A stretch of 64,000 bases of DNA from Macrostomum hystrix (lineage: Eukaryota > Animalia > Platyhelminthes), in NCBI GenBank assembly GCA_950097015.1, contig CATNEN010000041.1:1240001-1304000 (forward strand), in the 5' to 3' direction. The position numbers were made by a program, and so were the translations under genes. Of the stretch, positions 12,639-23,913 are shown in pieces. The stretch's first letter is position 1, and each line of letters opens with the position of its first letter. A model generated the notes under the pieces. That model was given only the letters and a program-made list of their open reading frames with translations. It searched no databases and was not told the DNA's origin.

Positions 12639-12684
12639 GCTGCTACTGCTGCTGCTACTGCTGCTGCTGCTGCTGCTGCTGCTT
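12588..12684. repeat. (CTG/CTA)n microsatellite
   Basis: Seen directly. Confidence 0.95.
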
Positions 12685-13199
12685 ACCGCTGTTATTTTGA
12701 ATGTATCCACCCAGGTCCTCGTTCATTCAGCTGTTTAGTAAAATTATCTTAGTCTCTGATCAATTTTTGGTGTCTCGGATTACTGCTAAATTACCCCAGC
12801 AAACTAGACTGAGCCGTCGCTTGTCTTGCCATTTCTGATGACAAACAGCACCGACGAAGCTTGTCTAAAGTAACCTCCACTCTTTCATCGAAGTGTCTAA
12901 CCATTTGTATTGTGTTTTTTGTGTAATTTGTCAATTTTTTATCGCATTGAGCCAACCGTAGTCGGATGCTAACCTGTGTTCTATCTTTGCGAGCCGTAAA
13001 ATAGATTTGCTAATAAACTGTTGGACAAGCGCCACTTTCATGTTCCTGATGAGATTTCAGACCATTTTGCAGATCAACTGACCTTATAAAAACTGCTTTG
13101 GAATTCTGCTTCCAACTTATTTCACATTATTTTATTTTATTTCTGACTTCAACTTATATTAAGTTATTAAGATAAATATTCCATACCGGAAATCCGGTA

Positions 13200-13530
13200 T
13201 GACAGACAGCATCCTCACATTACTGTATTCCTCGACAGCCTCCTCACATTCCTGGAATCCCCGACAGTCTCCTCACATTCCTGGATCCCCGACAGCCTCC
13301 TCACATTCCTGGAATCCCCGACAGCCTCCTCACATTCGTGGAATCCCCGACAGCCTCCTCACATTCCTGGATCCCCGACAGCCTCCTCACATTCGTGGAA
13401 TCCCCGACAGCCTCCTCACATTCCAGGAATCCCTGACAGCCTCCTCACATTCCTAGAATCCTCAAAAGCCTCTTCTCATTCTAGAAATCTCAGGTAGCCT
13501 CTTTCCATTCCAGGAATCCCTTACAGCCTT
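13200..13530. repeat. 28-29-bp minisatellite (CCCCGACAGCCTCCTCACATTCCTGGAAT)n
   Basis: GACAGC/GACAGT recurs at 13205, 13234, 13263, 13291 and 13320. Confidence 0.9.
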
Positions 13531-13824
13531 TCACCTATTCAGCTAATCAGCTACAGTCTTAGAGTCAAGGAATTGTTTGCACCTGTTACTCGTATATAGA
13601 AACATGTTATTGTTCATAAAGAAGTATATTAATGTACTCGAATATTTTCTAGACCTGAAGAGTTGAAATGACAAAGAGAAAGCTACTCGTATGTAGTGAT
13701 TAGGAATGTCGAACAAAAAATGAATTTTTCAACAGTTTGATAAAGAAACTCTCTGGGCCTCATCGGTCCAATGAGTCATTGCCGGCTCACAGCCACCATT
13801 CATCAACGCCTGCTCAGCGGCTCC

Positions 13825-15321
13825 TCACTGTAGGAAGCCCGGAGTCCTAGACGCCATCAGCGGCCTGTTCTCGTCATCGAGCTCGTCGCCCTCATCCATG
13901 GAGCCCGCGTCCGTTGTTATCAGCATCTGCTGCTCCTCTTCTTCGTAGAAAATCTGCAGCGAGTGGGCCTTGCGGAGTGCATACAGCCACCAGATGGCGA
14001 TGCTCACCAGCAGCAACAGCAGGAGCAGCGAGTGATAGATAAACAGCAGAGGCGGCTTGCCTGCGCTTGGCCTCAGCACCGGGTTCTCAGGAGGCAGGCT
14101 TCGACAAAACATGACCAGGAAGCGGCTGAGCAGGTTCGCCAAGCCCCACACCGTCAGCATGACGCCGATGATCAGCGGCTTGGCGGCGTCTCGCTCGAAG
14201 CTGTCCATCAGCTCGTAGGCGGCTACTATGGTTAGCGCGGCGGAGGTCGCGTCCACCACGGTGGAGGCGGTGTAAGTCGCGGACACGGCCACCGGTTCGG
14301 CCAGTCCGACTCCGCTGACTACCGCCAGCGCCAGCTCTAGCGCCGCCTCCATGACGAGGCCAGCCAGGAGGCGGGGCTGCACCGGGAGTCGTTTGCGGCG
14401 CCGCAGGCAGCAGGCTAGCAGCACCAGGGCGCCGTTGACGGACACCAGGCTGACGGCCAGCAGCAGGGTGTCGTTTAAGTGAGCGCCAGAGTCGCCAGCG
14501 CCGCTTGCGTTGACGATAAGCGGCCAGAGCGCTCGCTGGGCGTTAAAGGCTGCGGACCTGTCGTCGCACAGGCCGACAAGGAAGGGCACCAGGGTGCCGA
14601 AGACGATGCAGCTGCGCTGCAGGCGACTCCACGTCGGTAGTTGGACATGCTGGCAGCCGAGCAGCTGACGTTGCATTCTGGGTTGCGACGATTGGCGCTG
14701 CGGATCATCTGAGATCGGCGCTGGCGCTGTCGCAGCGTCGAGTTGGGGCAACGCCATAAAGGCCAGCGCGGTGAACAAGAGCGCGAACGCCATCCAGATG
14801 AGGCTGCAGTGCCGACCCACTCCGGGCCTCCTCAGCAGCGGCTCGACCTGGACGCCAACCAAGAGCCCGGCAGCGGAAGACATGTAGATCAGGGCGCACA
14901 ACACAGTGCGGCGTTGCGGCCTCGTCTGCTTGCTGAGCATGGCGTGCATCACGTTTGGTATGACCAGGCCATTGTACACCAGCATGAGGGCGCAGGCGAG
15001 CAGCGCGAGACCTGAATTCGGCCGCCAATTGTCCGCATAGACCGCGCCAGTCATGGCTCCCGTTGAGGCCAGCAGGGCGCAGGCGCCGAGCTGCAGGCTG
15101 CGCACGTGACCCACCCAGCAGGTCAGCAGGCCGCCCAACACAGGCAGCAGGTAGCGGCAGGTGTACATCCACGACAGCGGCGTTCCGGTATCGGCCACGC
15201 CTTCCGTGACGGTGCTGGCGTTTGAGCTAGCCGCTGCCAGCCCGATGAACTGATACTCCATGACTTTCTGGCAGAGCCGCATGGTCAGCACCACCGCCGC
15301 GTGACCAACGATCGGCTTCAT
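13825..15321 (-). CDS. Intronless MFS membrane protein, divergent POT/PTR (SLC15-like) transporter, 498 aa
   Basis: Many TM helices. YLLPVLGGLL-TCWVG resembles POT YLTPILGALIADSWLG; LIYMSSAAGLLVG resembles FYFSINAGSLLS; AAYELMD..AKPLIIGVMLTVWGLANLL resembles GLEFSYSQAP..KSVLQAGWLLTVAVGNII. Family assigned by remembered motifs only. Confidence 0.7.
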   Translation of the reverse strand: MKPIVGHAAVVLTMRLCQKVMEYQFIGLAAASSNASTVTEGVADTGTPLSWMYTCRYLLPVLGGLLTCWVGHVRSLQLGACALLASTGAMTGAVYADNWRPNSGLALLACALMLVYNGLVIPNVMHAMLSKQTRPQRRTVLCALIYMSSAAGLLVGVQVEPLLRRPGVGRHCSLIWMAFALLFTALAFMALPQLDAATAPAPISDDPQRQSSQPRMQRQLLGCQHVQLPTWSRLQRSCIVFGTLVPFLVGLCDDRSAAFNAQRALWPLIVNASGAGDSGAHLNDTLLLAVSLVSVNGALVLLACCLRRRKRLPVQPRLLAGLVMEAALELALAVVSGVGLAEPVAVSATYTASTVVDATSAALTIVAAYELMDSFERDAAKPLIIGVMLTVWGLANLLSRFLVMFCRSLPPENPVLRPSAGKPPLLFIYHSLLLLLLLVSIAIWWLYALRKAHSLQIFYEEEEQQMLITTDAGSMDEGDELDDENRPLMASRTPGFLQ

Positions 15322-15349
15322 CTGGGCTGCTGTTCACACTGAGCTCTAG

Positions 15350-15733
15350 ATGATTCAACCGACTCAGGCGATGGTTCCAATGACTCAGTCGATGATTCCA
15401 ATGACTCAGTCGATGATTCCAGTGACTCAGTCGATGATTCCAATGACTCAGTCGATGATTCCAATGACTCAGTCGATGATTCCAGTGACTCAGTCGATGA
15501 TTCCAATCACTCAGTCGATGATTCCAGTGACTCAGTCGATGATTCCAGTGACTCAGTCGATGATTCCAATGACTCAGTCGATGATTCCAGTGACTCAGGC
15601 GATGATTCCAATGACTCAGTCGATGATTCCAGTGACTCAGTCGATGATTCCAGTGACTCAGTCGATGATTCCAATGACTCAGTCGATGATTCCAGTGACT
15701 CAGTCGATGATTCCAGTGACTCAGGCGATGATT
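15350..15733. repeat. 21-bp minisatellite (ACTCAGTCGATGATTCCAGTG)n directly 5' of the SLC15-like gene
   Basis: Tandem copies seen directly. Confidence 0.95.
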
Positions 15734-16778
15734 CTTTTTCGACTCTGTAGTCTCTGGTTATTATTAAATTTTGAGCTGAGCTGATTATCAGCTCAGCTGT
15801 AATAATCAGCTACTCGTAAGATGCAGAGATGAGCCGTCTCTAAATTATTTAAGAACAGAAGATTTCGTTTGGTTCCAAGTTTTTCAGCCGCTTACTATTT
15901 ATGCCAGGGCTTGGCCACCAAAACAAATGAGATTTTGTTCCTCGTACCGCGAATGCGATGACTGCTGCGCTCTGTTTACTTCACCAACGCCAGTAAAGGA
16001 AGAGAAGAGGGACAACAGGCTCAGGGCAGTTCGTGCACGAACACGCTAGGCAGGTGAATAGTTATTATTTATGCCATGGGCTGGGTGCCTAAACAATTGA
16101 GATTTTGTCTCGCTTATCTGCAAATGCGATGACTGCCGGTAGCGGGCTATTGTGCACTAGTTTTGCATTATTCTGGATTTTGTCCATTTCGCGAGCAAAA
16201 GTAGTAAGGAGCATCTTTTGACGACCACTAGCCGCAATGCGCGTCTATTTAGCACTCACTTTCTCATTGTCGGGCAGTGCACACTATTTGCCGCAGATTC
16301 AAGCTCTGGGACCTTGGCGCAGCAGGCAAGCGCGTTCTGCCCCCGCCACTCTGCCCCGCCTTACTACCAGCGCTACGTAACCAGTTTATTTTTTCGCGAA
16401 TACCAGCCTTCAATTTTATTTCTAAGAAAGTAGTTTCCTGTCCTTCTACTCCTAGTGGTTCTTGCCGTACAGCTGACCGCACACGGGTGCCAATTGGCCC
16501 ACGAGATCGAATCAAATAAAGAAGGCAGAGCTTAATTCTTATTTAGGCTTGGGTTAATTGAACTTAAATGAAATCTAGTTGCGAAGCAGTGCCTACTCAT
16601 CACAGAATGTCAGTCTTATTAACCTCGGGACTGCCGTGGTGCTAATTCACCATGGCCATTGTTCTTCAATCTGGTACAGTGCTACTCTCTGTACTTTAAC
16701 CTTATCTTCATCAATCCTTGAAGAAAATAAAATGCGCCTGAGGGATGCGCACCTTTGAGTTTAGTGGTGCGCAGTTTT

Positions 16779-17363
16779 TCAAATGTCGGGCAGTTGGTAG
16801 AACGCGATGTCGCCATTCCTGCGACACCTGTCATTGTAACACTCCCAGTACACGGCGTCCTCGGCGTCGGCCAGCTCAGCCACCGCGCCATTCGCTCCAG
16901 CCTGCTCGCCTTCGTTGCCGGATCTTGTCGGCCAGGCGCTGCGGAGCTGCTGCAGCCGGTGCTCCAGCTGTGGCATCGTCGAAGCGGCCAACAGGTCGTC
17001 GCTTTGCGACTCCCACTGGACAGCGACAGCCTGGTAGTTCTCCTCGTCGGCCACCACCGGCGGTAAGTAGATGGCCTCCTCAGGCAGCTGCATGAGCTGG
17101 TCAAGCTCGGCCAGCTCGCTTTGGTCGAATACGTTGCGAATATTCAGCACGTCGGCCAGCTTGCGCAGGTCGAAGTTCTGCGTCAAGTCCCAGTTGAGCT
17201 CGCTGAAGTCGCTCAAGCTCGGGTCGCTAAAGTCCCAGTCGGCGTTTTTAGGGCCGGCCCCGGTGGCCCCGGAGACTGCGTCCCAGGTCACAGAATGATG
17301 CTGAGCCAGCATCCCAGCATTGTTGGACTCATTGGAAATCGGCACCTGGCAGTCAGGGCTCAT
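16779..17363 (-). CDS. Uncharacterised intronless acidic protein (~194 aa)
   Basis: Non-repetitive ORF with GC3-rich codons like neighbouring genes. ATG in AAAATG context, 6 nt after an acceptor-like TTCGCAG. No family recognised. Confidence 0.6.
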   Translation of the reverse strand: MSPDCQVPISNESNNAGMLAQHHSVTWDAVSGATGAGPKNADWDFSDPSLSDFSELNWDLTQNFDLRKLADVLNIRNVFDQSELAELDQLMQLPEEAIYLPPVVADEENYQAVAVQWESQSDDLLAASTMPQLEHRLQQLRSAWPTRSGNEGEQAGANGAVAELADAEDAVYWECYNDRCRRNGDIAFYQLPDI

Positions 17364-18223
17364 TTTGGCCTGCGAATATTGTACTCTCACAGCACTGGAT
17401 TTCTTAGTATTAGCTCAATAATCCTGGCTATATAGCGCTATAGCTTAGTGCAGAAGATTGTGAGTCAACATTTTCAACTCGCGGTATTTAGGTCCCATTT
17501 TGTCTATGGCACGAATTCAAGAGTAAAAGTACATTGTAGTCAAGCTTAAAATAGTGTACACAGTTTTCCTCATTTTACGGATTTCCGCACGAGCTTTATA
17601 AAACCGTTGAAATGTATATTATTCATCCTTAATTCAAAGCTCCGATTTTATCGTGCAATCTACGAGCTACTACAAGTAGTGCCCAGGCTTTTAATAGTTG
17701 ATAAAAGGAAAAAGTTACATTGGCTTTCACAGCTAGCTAACGACAAGACTATGTACAAAACTTTTTTGATCCGTTATCGCGGAAAAATGTTTCACTGAAT
17801 AGCTGACTTCGTTAACAACAATAGAGGCATTGTGCGGAGTGGGGATGGCAGCAAAAATACTACTCGTAGAAGAATAATTATCGCACAGTAGCGCAAGATC
17901 CGAGTATCAGTTATAGCGAAATAGAAATCAACCTCAATGAGCAGCAGAATGTCAGTTTCTGCCGTTGGTCTGGGTAAATCAAACGGGTGAATTCAACGGC
18001 AGAGACAAAAGTCCATGTTAAAATAAGCTTCGATTTACAAGCGGTTTTGCAGCAATGAAAGCTAACTCTATGCCTGCTGATGATTAATTTTCTTCCGAAC
18101 AAATCGGTCTTCTGAAAACTAAGGGTTTCTAGGAAACCGGTTTGTTTCTGAGAAATAGATTGCTCTGAAAGTGTGAAATGAACTCATGCTTTATGGAGCA
18201 GCAAATCAGTTGCTTCTTTCCGT

Positions 18224-21200
18224 CTAACATTTAGTTGGGGCCAGGTAGTCGTCGTCTAAGTCAACGGGCTGCTGCTGCTGTTGATCATGCTGAGGTACTA
18301 GATAGCCAGCATCCGGTTTATCATACAGGGCAGTGGTCCTGGGTTCTGGCATCAGGTAGTCGCCGCCGTCGGGCTCCGACGATCCGGAAACACCACCGTT
18401 GGTTGCCGGCTTTTCCCGATGTCGGAGCTGCGGCTCGTTCACGTAGGAATTGTTCGCAGCGGCTGCGTGACCCTGCTTGGCAGACGCCTCCGGAGCTGCC
18501 TCCGCCATGTGACTGTAGCCCTGGTCCCCGACGTCCTCAACCTCCACACGTCGTTGCGGCGGTGGCTGGTGCTGCACCATGGCGTGGACCATCTCCGCCT
18601 TCTCCATGTCCATCTCATCGTGCATGTTGTCTCTGGCGGCGATATACTTGGCCGGGCACAGCAGGCAGTCCTTCATGCTGGCCGTGAGGTCGGAGAAACT
18701 GGGCCTGGAGTCCGGGTAGGGCAGCCAGCAGGCCAGCATGATGTTGTAGAAGTCCACGCTGCAGATGTTGGGCTGGTTGAGGCGAACGCCCTTGCGCAGC
18801 AGGCCGGTGATGTCCTCGACAGAGGCAATGCGGTACGGTTTGTAAGGCGCCTCTCCGTAGGAGCAGATCTCCCACAGCAGCACTCCGTAGCTCCACACGT
18901 CCGACTTATGGCTGAAAACGCCAGACTCGAAGCATTCGATGCCCAGCCACTTGACGGGCAGCGCGCCGGAGGTGTACACGAACTCGCGCTCACTATCCTG
19001 CAGCAGCCGGGCCAGGCCGAAGTCCGTGATCTTGACCTCGTCAGGCGTCTTCAGCAGCACATTGCGAGCGGCCAGGTCGCGGTGGACGATGTTGATGCTC
19101 TCCAGATAGGCCATGCCCTCCGCCACCTGCAGGGCCCAGCTCAGCATCCGCTCGGCACCGATGCCGCCGTGGTGGTCGCGCAGGAAGCTGAGTAGGCAGC
19201 CGCGTGGCATCAGGGCAGTGATGAGCTGCACCTCCGCCGTCATGCAGAGCGCCACGAGACGCACGCAGTGCGGATGCTGCACCCGAGCCAACACGCCGGC
19301 CTCGTTCAGCAGCTCCTGACCGAGCTTCGGGTTGTTACCTCGCAGGACTTTCACGGCTACCGGCAGCTCACGGACGCCCTTCACGGTGTCGGTGCGCAGC
19401 AGGCCGCGGTAGACGGTGCCGAACGCGCCGCTGCCGATTTCCTTTTGCTTCACGACGTCGTCATTGTTTACAATGAGCAGCTTGACCATGTCGTTGGGGT
19501 TGCTGGGGTCTGTCAGGTACTCGTCCAGCTCCACCATCTCGTACTTGCGCACCCGGCGCCGGTAGTACCACCAGCCCAGGAGGCCGAGGGCGAGCAGCGC
19601 CAGCACCAGCACTGCCAGTCCGGCTGCCAGGCCAGCAAAGCGAGCCACCGCGGCAGCGTAGCACTCGCCATCGGAGCCGGGTTCAAGATGGCTGCCGCAG
19701 GCCGGCACGCAGACGCTGTCCTCGCGGTAGTGCCGACAGGCGAAGCACTGGTCGGCCCGGGGACCGAGGCAGCCACGGTTCGGGGCGCACTGCTGGTGGC
19801 AGGGCAGGCACTGGTCGTGCCGGTGGTCAGCTCCTGGGTTCGGGTTGGGGTAGCCGCCGGCAACGAAGCAGTTGTCGTGGCAGACGCCGCGCACGCGGAC
19901 CCCGACGCAGGCGACGCAGCTGGCGGGCCCGGGACCCCAACATTCAGCATTACGGCAGCGGCGGTCACAGGCTGCCTCGGCGCAAGCAGGATCGTCTTCG
20001 TCGGCGAAGGTGACTTGGCTAGTCGTAACCTTGTAGCGGCGCGCGACGCTGCTGTCGTCCGTTGTGCTGTTGCTGTCCAGGTATCTGGTTGGGTACCAGG
20101 CGCGACAGAGACCGGACACCTTAAACAGAACCAGCTGCTTGGCAGTCTCGAGGCTGGACAGGCCGAGGAAGCTGGTCCTGAGCTCCGTCAGCATGAGAGT
20201 GCCTGATACGTGGCGCAAGCTGCTTAGAACGGACAGGTTGGAGGCCAGCAGCTCCGTGCGGGTGACGCGCAGGCTGTTGGCGTAGATGTAGCGCGCGGAG
20301 GCCAGTGCAGACAGCGTCACCGCCGAGGTCTCCGGCTTTTTGCCGTCAAGATTGATGGACTGGTCGAACTGCCACACGGAGCAGTTGGCGAACCGCGCGG
20401 CCATGTCGTCGGCCAGAATTCTCTCCGAGCTGGTGCAGATGCGGCAGTTTGTCTCTCCGCTACCGAAGTCGCCGCAGCGGCTGCAGTTGCCATCCACCGG
20501 CGTCTGCGAGGCCGGGCAGGAGGCCAGGCAGTACTGCCGGCTGAGGTCCAGGACGAACTGGCTGGGGCACCGGCGGGCGCACAGATTGCCCACGTGCACC
20601 ATCGGGTTGCTGGACTGCTCCAGCTGCATGGTCTCCGTGTTATAGCTAGTGGCTGGCGGGCAGCTCGTCATGCAGTCGCCATCGTGGCTGACCCGGGCGC
20701 AAGAGTTGCAGTCTCTGCTGCTGGGCCCGGAGCAGCCGCCGAGGCACTCGCGGTCGCAGCACTCCTCCAGGCCGGTTTTGGAGTCCCGGTAGCAGTAGCT
20801 GCACGGTCGATCAGGCCGGCTGCACCGGCTCACCGCCTGGCAGACGGTGTCCGACCAGCACCGACTGCTGGAGCAGCTAGCGCTGCAGCTGAGTGCGCCA
20901 ATCACCGAACTGTTGCCGCAGGCGTCGCTGCAGTTGCCGATATGCGCGCTGTCGCTGGTACAGCTAATGAGGTCGGCGCTGAACCGCTGCCTGTCAGGGT
21001 TGTGGAACATCGCGGCCCAGTCCACGGTGCTGTTGAGCCGGCACAGCAGGCCGGAGTCGGCCACGCCAAGAAGCCGAACATCGCCACGCACAATGGCGGT
21101 GAGGCTGGGCAGCAGCAGCTGCAGGGGGTGCACGCACATGGCCAGCTGCAGGGCCGGTGCGGTGTCGCTGACGCCGGCGCCGCGGATCACTCGCAGGTTG

Positions 21201-21562
21201 CGCAGGTGGATGCGTCGTAGCCCAACCTGCTGGAGCACCAGGCGGCCGGTGATCTCCACCACAGAGTCCAGGAAGTCGGTCTCCATGTCGCGGATGTCGC
21301 CGTCCAGTAGTCGGCCGGTGGCCCGATCAACACCGAGGTCCTTCAGCACAAGGTCGCCGTGGACGTACTGGCAGCCGTCTACCATGCGCTCCAGGCGTGC
21401 CTTCAGCACCGACACGTCGCTGGCCTCGCTGAAGTCGAGCTGGGTGAGCTCGAGGCCCTTGCACAGCTTGGTGTAGGCTATCTTAGCCGCGCCTGGGCCG
21501 GTTGCCAGGCAGAGCAGCAGCAGTAGCTGCTGCAGTGACAGCCGATGTTGCCGAAAGGCCAT
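18224..21562 (-). CDS. egfr: EGFR/ErbB-family receptor tyrosine kinase, single exon, 1112 aa
   Basis: Signal peptide, receptor-L domain (CQYVHGDLVL, LRNLRVIRG), furin-like Cys-rich repeats (CCDRECLGGCSGP, CWGPGPASC), TM followed by RRR, and kinase motifs GSGAFGTVYRG, VAVK, HRDLAARN, DFGLARLL, SDVWSYGV. Tyr-rich C-terminal tail. Confidence 0.96.
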   Translation of the reverse strand: MAFRQHRLSLQQLLLLLCLATGPGAAKIAYTKLCKGLELTQLDFSEASDVSVLKARLERMVDGCQYVHGDLVLKDLGVDRATGRLLDGDIRDMETDFLDSVVEITGRLVLQQVGLRRIHLRNLRVIRGAGVSDTAPALQLAMCVHPLQLLLPSLTAIVRGDVRLLGVADSGLLCRLNSTVDWAAMFHNPDRQRFSADLISCTSDSAHIGNCSDACGNSSVIGALSCSASCSSSRCWSDTVCQAVSRCSRPDRPCSYCYRDSKTGLEECCDRECLGGCSGPSSRDCNSCARVSHDGDCMTSCPPATSYNTETMQLEQSSNPMVHVGNLCARRCPSQFVLDLSRQYCLASCPASQTPVDGNCSRCGDFGSGETNCRICTSSERILADDMAARFANCSVWQFDQSINLDGKKPETSAVTLSALASARYIYANSLRVTRTELLASNLSVLSSLRHVSGTLMLTELRTSFLGLSSLETAKQLVLFKVSGLCRAWYPTRYLDSNSTTDDSSVARRYKVTTSQVTFADEDDPACAEAACDRRCRNAECWGPGPASCVACVGVRVRGVCHDNCFVAGGYPNPNPGADHRHDQCLPCHQQCAPNRGCLGPRADQCFACRHYREDSVCVPACGSHLEPGSDGECYAAAVARFAGLAAGLAVLVLALLALGLLGWWYYRRRVRKYEMVELDEYLTDPSNPNDMVKLLIVNNDDVVKQKEIGSGAFGTVYRGLLRTDTVKGVRELPVAVKVLRGNNPKLGQELLNEAGVLARVQHPHCVRLVALCMTAEVQLITALMPRGCLLSFLRDHHGGIGAERMLSWALQVAEGMAYLESINIVHRDLAARNVLLKTPDEVKITDFGLARLLQDSEREFVYTSGALPVKWLGIECFESGVFSHKSDVWSYGVLLWEICSYGEAPYKPYRIASVEDITGLLRKGVRLNQPNICSVDFYNIMLACWLPYPDSRPSFSDLTASMKDCLLCPAKYIAARDNMHDEMDMEKAEMVHAMVQHQPPPQRRVEVEDVGDQGYSHMAEAAPEASAKQGHAAAANNSYVNEPQLRHREKPATNGGVSGSSEPDGGDYLMPEPRTTALYDKPDAGYLVPQHDQQQQQPVDLDDDYLAPTKC

Positions 21563-23834
21563 GATTGATTTCCTGGTGTTTCAAACTCTAGAAAAGGAAT
21601 AAATTTGTGAGGTGCACTTAAGTAGCACAAACTCAACTCATCTGCCGTGCTCACTTCTCAGCCATAAAAGTGAGCATAGTTTTACACTCTATTATTTTGA
21701 ATTGGGATAGAGAATCAGTTGGTGAAGGACAGACAGTCAGAGAGACTCACGTGAGCAGTTCTGCCAGCCGCCGGGTCCGCAGTCCGCTCACAGCTGAAAA
21801 ACTAGTTCTGATGTTTGAAACTGCAGCATTCCAGAGCCTCGGCCATATCAATACGCTGCGCTCTGGCCCCTCCCCGGCCCTGCTTCACCCCGCCGGACCA
21901 ATCGGTTGGGCCCTGTGTGCGGCCTTGCTCCCGTGCCAGATATCGATCCCGGGAGGGGCACTGCAGCCTGGCTGCCATTCACCCTGGCGATATGAAAACT
22001 GGCGCGCTAAACAAGGTCCGCACAGGCAGCAATGAGCCAGCAGCAGCAGCAGCTATTGCTGCGGAAGCTGGCCAAAGGATATTGGAAGGCACACGGACAC
22101 GCACACACACGCACATGCACAGCAACAAGAATGAGAGAGAGAATCTGATGGAACCGCAGCCTAGGCTGGGCAAATCAGGGGTGCCTTCGAATGGGCCGGC
22201 TGCACGGAGGCTGCGCATGTTAGCCGATTCTCCCGGCTTCTCCCTAATTTGTTCGGCCCGGCCTGCTAGCTTGCGGGATCGTTGGCATAACTCTCACAAT
22301 GCGCTTTCCGCTGGGGAATCAGTGATCGGGGATCGGGGATCGGGGATCATTGATGGCCAGAGAAGCAGCATGGAGTGGAGGAGAAGAGGTGGTCTAAAAA
22401 ACCCCTCCGCTGCTGTTGCTAGTGCAGGTTGAGGTGTGTTTAGTTACCCCGCGAGCGCCCATAAATTGCCAGGTTGCTAAATTGGTTTTCTAGCCCAGTT
22501 CCGCTCTGCCCTCAGCTGTGCCGTCTCCCCACCTGCCAGCCAAATATGGTAATTAATTAATTAGAGTCGCCTGGCAGGCCGGGGCGGTGATGTGTTTGCA
22601 CACTCCGGGCACCGGGACCCGGTCGTATATGCCAACAATTAACAAAATTGCCTCGAGCATTTTACCAGGACCAAACGGACTGGCCGATAAGCGGCTCAGA
22701 TATCCTTGGGAAGCTATTTTTCTAGTTCGCCATTCGATCTCAACTCTTTTGCTGCTTCATCGTAGATTCATGACGCCAGTCAAGCAGAAGGAAAATCTAT
22801 TAAATATTCCGCAGAGAACGCATCGCGGAGTGGGGCTTCCTAAGCCGCGCGGAGGGAGAGAGTGGGAGCGGTAGGACTGCAGCCAATCATAGACAGTGAG
22901 TAGGATAGAGTTGAAATAAGGCATGAATGCCGGTCGGCCAATGAGAATCAGGCACATAAAATATTTACAAAAGGGCAACGTGAACTTTGCAAATGATGTG
23001 TAAAGAGAGGATGAAGACAAGGAAAGAGAGTCGAGAGCATATTCAATTCACTAAGCTTTGTACCTTATTAAGCAGTCATGAGCAGTAATATGAGCGTTAC
23101 AGCAAACATCGATTTGGTAAAACAAATGGCTCTCGCTCAGCAATTTCGGATTGTCTGATGTCGCCTACAGCCCGCATGGCAACCAATTGGCTGAAGGAGA
23201 GCCGGCTTTGGTACTGAAGTGGAACAGCGGGCAGGGCTGCGCAGTTTAGCCAGGTGCAGCCGCATTCCTGGCTTCATTTTAGCCACTCCGATCGAATGCA
23301 CAGAAGTGTCCCAATTTTTTCCCTCCCAAGCCCGCACTAATCAGTAAAAAATCCGTACGGACTGTTCCATCGCTATTGAGCCAGCAGGCCAGGTGCAACT
23401 GCTATTAAACTGCTGCATTTATGTGCACCGCAAATGAAAGCTAAATTAAGGGTTAAAGGAGTCTGTGGGAGAATGGATTGCAATATTGAGTGATTCACTG
23501 GCCAAAACATACTCCGTCAATGCCGATATGTATAGAAAAATCGTGGTTAAGGCGCATGTTCCATGAAATCAACCCCCTTTTTTCAGGCTGAAGCGGCTCG
23601 AAGCGCCATCACTCCGCAGCAGGTCCGCACTAAAAGCCCGGCCGAGAGCGCGCGAATCGCTTGTAGATTCAGAGGGCGAGAAAAGAGACGGGCAGAAAGG
23701 CGTGTATCAGTGGCCCAGTCCCAAATTCCCAATGCTCCCAGCTCCCATAGAGTGCATCAGCCCCACCATCAAATCCCCCAAGTGTCGCTACTGAATTTGC
23801 GAGTTTTCAATTTTCTAAAAAAGCCTCGCCTGCG

Positions 23835-23880
23835 ATGCAAATTTTTCATATTTATAATTTTCATGCATTTAAGGAAATTT

Positions 23881-23913
<33 letters not shown>

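Noticed and set aside
18235-21476. Multiple + strand ORFs overlapping EGFR
   Set aside because: Antisense shadows of a GC3-rich coding sequence, with no recognisable domains.
21815-22432. 205-aa ORF upstream of EGFR
   Set aside because: TTG start, GC-rich low-complexity sequence, and no motifs or splice support; likely regulatory or UTR sequence.
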